Positions 56,881 through 64,000 of a stretch of 64,000 bases of DNA are shown here, one piece after another (the first letter of the stretch is position 1; every line of letters begins with the position of its first letter). The DNA is taken from positions 2,208,001 through 2,272,000 of the forward strand of contig CBDBEV010000001.1 of assembly GCA_965204535.1 (NCBI GenBank), given 5' to 3'. This stretch comes from a bacterium. Lineage in GTDB: Bacteria; UBA8248. The position numbers and the translations under genes are program-made. The notes below the pieces were generated by a model, which was not told the DNA's origin, searched no databases, and saw only the letters and a list, made by a program, of their open reading frames with translations.

Positions 56881-58101
56881 ATGCCTGGCTACAGAAAAAA
56901 AGCGTTCTTTGCCGGGGCGATAATCCTGGCGATTGGCTTGTTGAGCGTTTCCACTTCGTTCGCGGCGAAAACCATAAAAATCGGCGTTCTCTCTCCATTG
57001 ACGGGGCTTTATTCCATCGTGGGGAAAAGGACGAGCCAGGGCATCAACATGGCCGTCAAGGAAATCAACGACGCGGGCGGCGTTCTGGGCCACAAGTTCG
57101 AAGCGCTGATCCGGGATTCCGAGACGAACCCGGCGAGTTCGGTGCGCACGGCGAGGCGGCTGATCCTGCGCGATAAGGTCTTCGCCCTGCTCGGCCCGCT
57201 GCACGGCGGAGCGGCCATCGCCGTGTTGCAGGAATCGAAAAAGCTCAAGACGATGAACTTCCCCTGGGCGGCGACCGAGGAGATCAACACGAAATTCTGC
57301 AGCCGCTACACCTGGAGAGTAGGGAGCAGCGCGCAGCAGACCTCCCGCGCGGGCGCCGTCATCGCCCACCGGCTGGGCTTGAAGAAGTGGGCGACGATAT
57401 CTTCTGATTTCTCGTACGGCCGCTCCGTCGTCCGGCAGTTCTGGAACTACCTCAAAGAACGCGACCCGGGCGCGAAACGCCCCTATGCGGCATGGCCGAA
57501 GCTGGGCGAGAACGATTATTCCGCCTACATCAACAAGATGCAGAAGGCGAAGCCCGATGCCATCTACGTCGGCCTGTTCGGCGCGGACCTCATCAAGTTC
57601 ATGAAGCAGGCGCGTTCCTTCGGGATGTACGAAAAGGTGAAGATATTCACCGATTTCGGGGGCAACCACGTGGTGCTCAAGGCGCTCGGCGATCAGGCGC
57701 CGTTCGGCCATTGGGCGAGTTCGCGCTATCTGCACAACTATCCGGTTTCCGCGGCCAACAAGCGTTTCGTGGACAACTTCCGCAAGGCGTACAACGTCTA
57801 CCCGGACATGACGGCCGGCGAGGCTTACTCGACCGTCCACGTGATTGCGGAATCCATCCGCCGTGCCGGTGCCGTGGACAAGGAGAAGGCGATTGACGCC
57901 ATGGGCGGCGTCGCCTTCAACGCGCCCGAGGGATGGATCATCATGCGTCCATCCGATCACCAGGGCTGGCAGTCGAGCTTCTGGGGCGTGATTGCAAAGA
58001 GTAAGAAATTCCCCTTCCCGATCCTCTCGAATATCCAGGTGATCTCTCCCGTCGAGGGTTCTCACTCCGACGAGAACACGGGCCAGGGCTGCCGGAAATA
58101 A
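56881..58101 (+). CDS. Branched-chain amino acid (Liv/HAAT) ABC substrate-binding protein
   Basis: IKIGVLSPLTG, EINDAGGVLG, DFSYG, DYSAYI. Confidence 0.92.
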   Translation: MPGYRKKAFFAGAIILAIGLLSVSTSFAAKTIKIGVLSPLTGLYSIVGKRTSQGINMAVKEINDAGGVLGHKFEALIRDSETNPASSVRTARRLILRDKVFALLGPLHGGAAIAVLQESKKLKTMNFPWAATEEINTKFCSRYTWRVGSSAQQTSRAGAVIAHRLGLKKWATISSDFSYGRSVVRQFWNYLKERDPGAKRPYAAWPKLGENDYSAYINKMQKAKPDAIYVGLFGADLIKFMKQARSFGMYEKVKIFTDFGGNHVVLKALGDQAPFGHWASSRYLHNYPVSAANKRFVDNFRKAYNVYPDMTAGEAYSTVHVIAESIRRAGAVDKEKAIDAMGGVAFNAPEGWIIMRPSDHQGWQSSFWGVIAKSKKFPFPILSNIQVISPVEGSHSDENTGQGCRK

Positions 58102-58177
58102 TCATCGCGCGTGAAGCCATGGACGCCCCGAGAAATTTCCGGGGCGTCGCTTCACTTTCTTCCGGAGGCCCGGGCGT

Positions 58178-59059
58178 ATGGAATTGGACGTCAGTTTTTG
58201 GTTGACCCAGTTTCTGAACGGGTTGGCCAACGCGATGGTTCTTTTCCTGATCGCATCGGGCCTCACGATTCTCCTGGGCGTGCTGGGCGTCCTGAACCTG
58301 GCCCACGGTTCGTTCTACATGCTGGGCGCTTTTCTGATTTTTTCGAGTTCGATCATCAAGAACCCAAGCTGGTTCTGGGTGGGTTTGCTCATCGCACCCC
58401 TCGTGGTGGCGGGGTTCGGGACCATCATCGAAGCGTTCTGCCTGCGCCCCCTCTACGGCCGGGAAAGACTCTACACTTTGCTCCTTACCTATGGCTTCAC
58501 GCTCATTCTCGACGACCTGGTTCTGCTGATCTGGGGGCGGGATTACAAGTCCGTTCCCATCCCCGCGCTGTTCGAAGGACGATTGACCGTCGGGGATTTC
58601 AGTTACCCCGTGTATTTCCTCTTCATCATCGCGGTCGGCCCGCTATTGGGCGTTTTCCTGTGGTTCATTCTGAACAGGACGAACTTCGGGAAACTCATCC
58701 GCGCCGCCGCCACGGACAGCGAGATGCTCGACGCCCTGGGGGTGAACGTGAACCGGGTATTCACCGGCGTATTCGCCCTGGGCGCCTGGCTCGCGAGTCT
58801 GGGCGGCATTCTGGCCGCACCGATGAGAAGCGTCGAACCCGGTATGGGGGTGGAGATCATCATCGAATCGTTCATCGTCGTCATCATCGGCGGAATGGGG
58901 AGTTATCTGGGCGCGTTCGTGGGGGCGGTGCTCATCGGGATGCTCAAGGCGTTCGGCATCGAGATTCTCGAGAATTTCGCGATGATCTTCATCTACGCAC
59001 TCGTGCTGCCGATTCTGATCTTAAGACCCCGCGGTCTGTTCGGCGAAACGACGATATAG
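58178..59059 (+). CDS. livH: Liv ABC permease (LivH-like)
   Basis: VLNLAHGSFYMLGA, VVIIGGMGS, RPRGLFG. Confidence 0.9.
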   Translation: MELDVSFWLTQFLNGLANAMVLFLIASGLTILLGVLGVLNLAHGSFYMLGAFLIFSSSIIKNPSWFWVGLLIAPLVVAGFGTIIEAFCLRPLYGRERLYTLLLTYGFTLILDDLVLLIWGRDYKSVPIPALFEGRLTVGDFSYPVYFLFIIAVGPLLGVFLWFILNRTNFGKLIRAAATDSEMLDALGVNVNRVFTGVFALGAWLASLGGILAAPMRSVEPGMGVEIIIESFIVVIIGGMGSYLGAFVGAVLIGMLKAFGIEILENFAMIFIYALVLPILILRPRGLFGETTI

Positions 59060-59075
59060 GGATATCAAAAGACGC

Positions 59076-60104
59076 ATGGAAGGTTTGGCGAGCGGAAAAA
59101 AATTCTTGAGCCGCCTGATGGAGCGTATTCCCAACCGCTTCGGCGTCACGGCCCTGCTCGCCTTGGCCATTCTCGCGCCGGCCCTCGTTCAAAACGATTA
59201 TTATATTCAGCTTTGCACGGAAATCCTGATCGCGAGCCTGCTCGCCATCAGCCTGAATTTTCTCATCGGCTACACCGGCCTCGTCTCCCTGGGCCACGCG
59301 GTGTACCTGGGCGTGGGCGCCTACGCCTTCGCCCTGCTGACGAAGAACGTCTATCCCTCCATGTGGGCCGGATTGATAGCGGCGGGCGCCTCCTGTGGGC
59401 TACTCGCCTGGTTCATGGGCGTTTTCTGCGTGCGTCTGGCGGGGCTTTATTTCGCCATGCTGACGCTCGCGTTCTCTCAAGTCGTCTATACCGTCGCCTA
59501 CTACTGGCGCGACGTCACCGGCGGAGACGACGGGATGCTCGGCATTCCGAAGCCCGAAATCGGGATTCCGGGCGCGTTCAGCATTTCCCTGGAATCGTTC
59601 ACGAACTTTTATTATTTCGTGCTCATCATCGTGGCGGCTTTGATATTTCTCGCGTGGAAAATCGCCAACTCCCCTTTCGGCAGGGTGCTGCAGGCCATCC
59701 GGGAGAATCCCGAGCGCGTGGAATTCATCGGCCTGCCCGTGCACAGGTACAAATTGTATGCCTTCATCATCGCCGGGACCCTCGGCGGTTTCGCCGGAGG
59801 CCTTTACTCGACTTTCCAAGGCTACATTTCACCCGATCTGCTCTACTGGACCCAATCGGGCGAGATCGTTCTGATGACGATCCTGGGCGGCATGTATTCT
59901 TTCCTGGGTCCCGCCTTCGGCGCGGGGATGCTCTTGTTCATCCGGGACACGGTTTTGAATTTCATGGAGTACTGGCGAATCGTGGTCGGCGGCATTCTGG
60001 TGCTCCTGGTCCTGTTCCTCCCCGGCGGAATCCTGGGATTCTTCGAGGGGTGGGCCTCCAGATTATCGATTGGTGGAAACGATGGCGACGACGCCCGTTC
60101 TTGA
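59076..60104 (+). CDS. livM: Liv ABC permease (LivM-like)
   Basis: GYTGLVSLGHA, YFAMLTLA, TGGDDG, SPFGRVLQAIREN. Confidence 0.9.
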   Translation: MEGLASGKKFLSRLMERIPNRFGVTALLALAILAPALVQNDYYIQLCTEILIASLLAISLNFLIGYTGLVSLGHAVYLGVGAYAFALLTKNVYPSMWAGLIAAGASCGLLAWFMGVFCVRLAGLYFAMLTLAFSQVVYTVAYYWRDVTGGDDGMLGIPKPEIGIPGAFSISLESFTNFYYFVLIIVAALIFLAWKIANSPFGRVLQAIRENPERVEFIGLPVHRYKLYAFIIAGTLGGFAGGLYSTFQGYISPDLLYWTQSGEIVLMTILGGMYSFLGPAFGAGMLLFIRDTVLNFMEYWRIVVGGILVLLVLFLPGGILGFFEGWASRLSIGGNDGDDARS

Positions 60105-60834
60105 GACCCGGAGTCTCACCAGGTCGTTCGGTTCGCTTCTGGCGGTGAACGAGGTGGACTTTCGGGTTCCGGAGGGCGAGCTGTGCGCCGTCATCGGGCC
60201 CAACGGCGCGGGCAAGACCACATTTTTCAACCTGATTTCGGGGAGGCTCGAACCGACCTCGGGCGGCGTTTTCTTCGAAGGAGAGGACATTACCGGCTTT
60301 CCGCCGCACGCCGTGGTGAAAAAAGGGGTGGGCCGTTCTTTTCAGATCACGAACATATTCCCCAGGCTTTCGGTTCTGGACAACGTCCGCATCGCCGTCT
60401 TGGCGAGGCGGGGCAAGACGCTGGACATGTTCTCCCCCATCGAGAAGCACGCCGAAGAACAGGACGAGGCGCTCGCGATACTCGGCGAGGTGGAGCTCGG
60501 ACACAAGGCGCATCACCCGACCACGGAGCTCGGACACGGGGAGAGAAGAAACCTGGAACTGGGCATCACGCTGGCTTTGGAGCCCCGGTTGATCCTGCTC
60601 GATGAGCCGACGGCAGGCATGTCGATCGAGGAGACGTCGAGCACGATCAACCTCGTAAAAAAGATATCCCACGACAAAACGGTCGTCTTCACCGAACACG
60701 ACATGAGCGTGGTTTTCTCGATTGCCGATCGCATATCCGTCCTGCATCAGGGGAGCATCATCGCCGAGGGGACGCCGGATGAAATTCGAAACGACGACCT
60801 CGTTCGCCTCGCCTACCTGGGGGAAGAGGTGTGA
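60082..60834 (+). CDS. livG: Liv ABC ATP-binding protein (LivG-like)
   Basis: IGPNGAGKTT, RSFQIT, LLDEPTAGM, AYLG. Confidence 0.92.
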   Translation: MATTPVLETRSLTRSFGSLLAVNEVDFRVPEGELCAVIGPNGAGKTTFFNLISGRLEPTSGGVFFEGEDITGFPPHAVVKKGVGRSFQITNIFPRLSVLDNVRIAVLARRGKTLDMFSPIEKHAEEQDEALAILGEVELGHKAHHPTTELGHGERRNLELGITLALEPRLILLDEPTAGMSIEETSSTINLVKKISHDKTVVFTEHDMSVVFSIADRISVLHQGSIIAEGTPDEIRNDDLVRLAYLGEEV

Positions 60835-61532
60835 TTCTCAGCGTCGAGAAAATCAATACGTTCTACGGGGACAGCCACATCCTGTTCGACGTGGATTTGA
60901 CCATCGCCGAAGGGGAGGTGGTGAGCCTCCTCGGCAGGAACGGGGTAGGAAAGACGACGACGCTCCGCTCCATCATGGGGCTGACGCCTCCTCGGGCGGG
61001 GAGCGTGCGCTGGCTGGGCGAGGAGGTGCAGCGCCTGAAACCCTACGAGATCGCCAGAAAGGGTGTGGGTTTCGTACCCGAGGACAGGAGGATATTCTCC
61101 CGTCTGAGCGTGGAGGAGAACCTGGAGATCGGCGCTTTCAAGCTGGAGGGGCCAAGTGGCTGGACACTTGAGCGAATATATGGTCTTTTCCCCAAGCTTG
61201 AGCAATTGAAAACCCATAAGGGAAACGAGCTCAGCGGCGGTGAGCAGCAGATGCTGGCCATCGCCCGCGCGTTGATGGGAGCGCCCAGGCTCGTCTTGCT
61301 CGACGAACCCTCGGAAGGTCTCGCGCCGGCCATCGTGAAAGACGTGGGCGAAATGATCGGGACGCTCAAGAATGAGGGGATCGCCGTCTTGCTGGTGGAG
61401 CAAAACACCCGCTTCGCCTGCCGGCTTTCCGACCGCGTCTACATCATAGACAACGGCAGGGTGCGCTTCGGTGGCACGGTGGCTGAGCTCGAAGCGGACG
61501 AGGAGTTGAAATCGCGCTATCTGGCCGTATGA
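60831..61532 (+). CDS. livF: Liv ABC ATP-binding protein (LivF-like)
   Basis: GRNGVGKTT, LSGGEQQMLAIARAL, DEPSEGLAP, LVEQN. Confidence 0.92.
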   Translation: MILSVEKINTFYGDSHILFDVDLTIAEGEVVSLLGRNGVGKTTTLRSIMGLTPPRAGSVRWLGEEVQRLKPYEIARKGVGFVPEDRRIFSRLSVEENLEIGAFKLEGPSGWTLERIYGLFPKLEQLKTHKGNELSGGEQQMLAIARALMGAPRLVLLDEPSEGLAPAIVKDVGEMIGTLKNEGIAVLLVEQNTRFACRLSDRVYIIDNGRVRFGGTVAELEADEELKSRYLAV

Positions 61533-61572
61533 TTTTTTGTTTTCCCTTAAGTGAAAACGAGGAGGATTCTGT

Positions 61573-62580
61573 ATGAGCTCCCGTGTTGAATTCGGTTTGA
61601 TCATGGCCCTGACCATCCGGGGGCTCGCCGTCGGAAACTTCGAGGACATGAAATCGGTGGCCCGGGAGGCGGAGCGGCTGGATTTCGATTCGGTGTGGCT
61701 TTGCGATCACTTCCTGACGCTCGACCCGAGTTCTTATGCGAAAGACGCCGGTTTCGAAGACGAGGGAGAGTCGAAAGGCGTCGGTTCCGGTTCCATCCCC
61801 TTGCTCGAAACCTGGACGGCGCTCAGCGCCCTCTCCCAGGTGACGAAAAAACTCCGCCTCGGGACCAGCGTTCTCAGCAACTCCTACCGCATCCCCTCGG
61901 TGCTCGCGAAGATGGGCGCCACGCTGGATCACATCAGCGGCGGGCGGCTCGACTTGGGTCTCGGCGCGGGCTGGATGCAGGAGGAATACGAGGCCTACGG
62001 CATTCCCTTCCCGAGGGCTTCGGTCCGCATCGCCCAGATGGAAGAGGCGATTCAACTGATCCGCAAGATCTGGACGGAGCCCAACCCCACGTTCGAGGGA
62101 GAGCACTACACGATAAAAGGCGCGGTGTGCGATCCCCCGCCGGTTCAGAAGCCCTCGCCCCCGATATGGATCGGCGGGGAGGGGAAAAAGGTTCTCCGCG
62201 CCGCGGCGAGGCATGCGGACGGCTTCAACGTGCGCTGGTGGCCGCCGGAGCGCTATCTCGAAAGAAAAGACGAGATCGACGCCAACTGCGCGGAGGCGGG
62301 CCGCGACCCCGAAGCGTTCAGACGCTCCTTGATGTGTCTCCTTTTGCCGAGTCATGACCGCGCGCGGGTCGATGCGGAAAGGAAACGATTTGCCGCCATT
62401 CCGGAGACTGGTATAATTTCGGGCGAACCCAAGGAATGCGTGGAGCGGATGATGGAATACGTCGACGCGGGCGTTTGTCATTTCCTGTATACGATCCCCG
62501 ACGTCGCCGAAATGGATATGCTTCGCCTCGCGGGAGAAGAGATTCTTCCCGAGGTCAGGAATCTGTCGAACGGGGGCTGA
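61573..62580 (+). CDS. LLM-class oxidoreductase, probably F420-dependent type
   Basis: DSVWLCDHF, ETWTALSAL, YRIPSVLAKMGATLDHISGGRLDLGLGAGW, PPIWIGGEG. Confidence 0.88.
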   Translation: MSSRVEFGLIMALTIRGLAVGNFEDMKSVAREAERLDFDSVWLCDHFLTLDPSSYAKDAGFEDEGESKGVGSGSIPLLETWTALSALSQVTKKLRLGTSVLSNSYRIPSVLAKMGATLDHISGGRLDLGLGAGWMQEEYEAYGIPFPRASVRIAQMEEAIQLIRKIWTEPNPTFEGEHYTIKGAVCDPPPVQKPSPPIWIGGEGKKVLRAAARHADGFNVRWWPPERYLERKDEIDANCAEAGRDPEAFRRSLMCLLLPSHDRARVDAERKRFAAIPETGIISGEPKECVERMMEYVDAGVCHFLYTIPDVAEMDMLRLAGEEILPEVRNLSNGG

Positions 62581-62609
62581 TGCCCTCCTATGAGCAGGGA
62601 GATTTTCCA

Positions 62610-63299
62610 ATGAACGAACACCAGGACATGGCCGATTACCTGAAACCCACCGAATTCATCGATTCGGACAATCCCGACATCGTATCGAAGGCGGAGGAAC
62701 TCACCGAAGGCTGCGCGGATGACACGGAAAAACTCGGCAATATCTATTATTTCGTCCGCGATTTCCCCTACGACATTCTCGATTCGTTCCGCTACCTCGC
62801 CGAGGGGAAGCGCCAGGCGAGCGACGTGCTCAATAACGGCAAGGCGTTCTGCATGGGCAAGGCCAGCATGTTCGCCGCCCTTTGCCGGGCTTCGGGCATC
62901 CCCTCGCGCATCGGGTTCCAGCAGCTTCATTGCCCCGATAAACCTTTCATGAACGAGGAAGTCGCGAAGATCTGGGGCGACCGCAAGCTACCTTGGCACT
63001 CGCTCGGAGAGGCGTACCTCGACGGCAAGTGGCTCAAGCTCGACGCCACAATCGACAAGGAATTCGCCGCGCGAAAAGGGCGGGTATATTCCCAGGAATT
63101 CGACGGCGTAAGCGACATCCCCTCCGTGGAAGGCCCCCTCATCAAGGACCTGCCCAGCCACACGGACTACCCGAAAGACGTGGCCGACTGGTATGAGCAG
63201 GTCGCCAAGGACGTCGTCGCATCTGTGGAGGAAGAAGTCGTTCATAAAGACGTTTTGAGCGATGAGGAATGGTCCGGCCCCCAAGCGGAGAAACTGTAG
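62610..63299 (+). CDS. Transglutaminase-like superfamily protein
   Basis: YLKPTEFIDSD, YYFVRD, catalytic triad FCMGKA / WH / WLKLDAT. Confidence 0.88.
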   Translation: MNEHQDMADYLKPTEFIDSDNPDIVSKAEELTEGCADDTEKLGNIYYFVRDFPYDILDSFRYLAEGKRQASDVLNNGKAFCMGKASMFAALCRASGIPSRIGFQQLHCPDKPFMNEEVAKIWGDRKLPWHSLGEAYLDGKWLKLDATIDKEFAARKGRVYSQEFDGVSDIPSVEGPLIKDLPSHTDYPKDVADWYEQVAKDVVASVEEEVVHKDVLSDEEWSGPQAEKL

Positions 63300-63361
63300 A
63301 GCCGGGCCGCCTCTGCGGTAGCGTCTGGCCGATACGTTCGTTTAATGAAAGGAGTTTTTAG

Positions 63362-64000
63362 ATGTCGGGTAGTTTAGTGAAGGTGGCCGAGTTTCCGCTC
63401 ACCCAGGAAGTGGAGCAGCAATTCATCGACGGCGCCTGGGTGAAAGGCGAGCGCGGCGAGCCGATAGACGTGATCAATCCCTCGAACAACGAGACGATTT
63501 TTCAGCTCTTCCCGGCCTCGGACGCGCAGGTAGACGAGGCCGTCGCCTCCTGCTGGCGGGCGTTCCACGACCCGTCCTGGAAGAAGATGCCCGCACTCGA
63601 GCGCGGGAAACTGATTACGAAACTCGCTGCGTTGATGCGCGAGCACGCGGAAACCCTCGCGAGGTTAGAGGCCATCAACACAGGCATCCCCATCAAGGAG
63701 AGCCGCCTGGAATCCGCCTCCTCCGCGCGCCATTTCGAGTATTTCGCCGGATGGGCGGGCAAGGTGGAAGGCAGCGCGCAGCCCCTCATGAACGATCGCC
63801 TCATGTATTCAACGAGGGAGCCTTTGGGCGTCGTTGCCATCATCGTACCCTGGAACACCCCGCTCAAGCTCATGTCCCGGGGACTGGCCGCCGCTCTGGC
63901 CTGCGGCAACACGGTGGTCGTCAAGCCCTCCGCCGTCGCTCTGGCCTCGGTGCTCTATTTCGGAAAACTGGTCGAAGAAGCCGGGTTCCCGCCGGGGGTG
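63362..64000 (+). CDS. Aldehyde dehydrogenase (3'-truncated by the window edge; absent from the ORF track)
   Basis: Manual translation: MSGSLVK...FIDGAW...INPS...FEYFAGWAGK...REPLGVVAIIVPWN.P...ALACGNTVVVKPS; RBS AAGGAG. Confidence 0.93.
   Translation, partial: MSGSLVKVAEFPLTQEVEQQFIDGAWVKGERGEPIDVINPSNNETIFQLFPASDAQVDEAVASCWRAFHDPSWKKMPALERGKLITKLAALMREHAETLARLEAINTGIPIKESRLESASSARHFEYFAGWAGKVEGSAQPLMNDRLMYSTREPLGVVAIIVPWNTPLKLMSRGLAAALACGNTVVVKPSAVALASVLYFGKLVEEAGFPPGV

Overview
High-GC bacterial window with no rRNA, tRNA, CRISPR array or transposase found. It is dominated by solute uptake and catabolism. In order: the 3' part of an acidic TbpB-like surface protein followed by a highly structured ~280-nt non-coding tail; a nest of REP/MITE-type palindromes; a CUT1 sugar ABC operon with a tandemly duplicated MalG-type permease; a complete phoBR-pstSCAB-phoU locus with Pho boxes; Dpp, TRAP, NitT/TauT, tripartite tricarboxylate (Tct) and Liv transporters; a hydantoinase/oxoprolinase + LLM + aminobenzoate-CoA-ligase-like catabolic cluster; and a lower-GC cell-surface glycan modification island (GT25, GT4, ArnT-like, LAB_N, GT2, two methyltransferases). 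The least explained signals are: (i) the multi-branch RNA-like structure after the surface protein; (ii) a 310-370 bp dispersed element present twice, 50 kb apart; (iii) a promoter-like repeat present three times, twice directly ahead of glycan genes; (iv) two related single-TM proteins with variable coiled-coil tandem repeats inserted antisense in and next to the catabolic cluster; (v) a 17-codon MalF remnant kept as a possible coupling leader for the duplicated permease. All calls come from reading motifs by eye. No searches were run.
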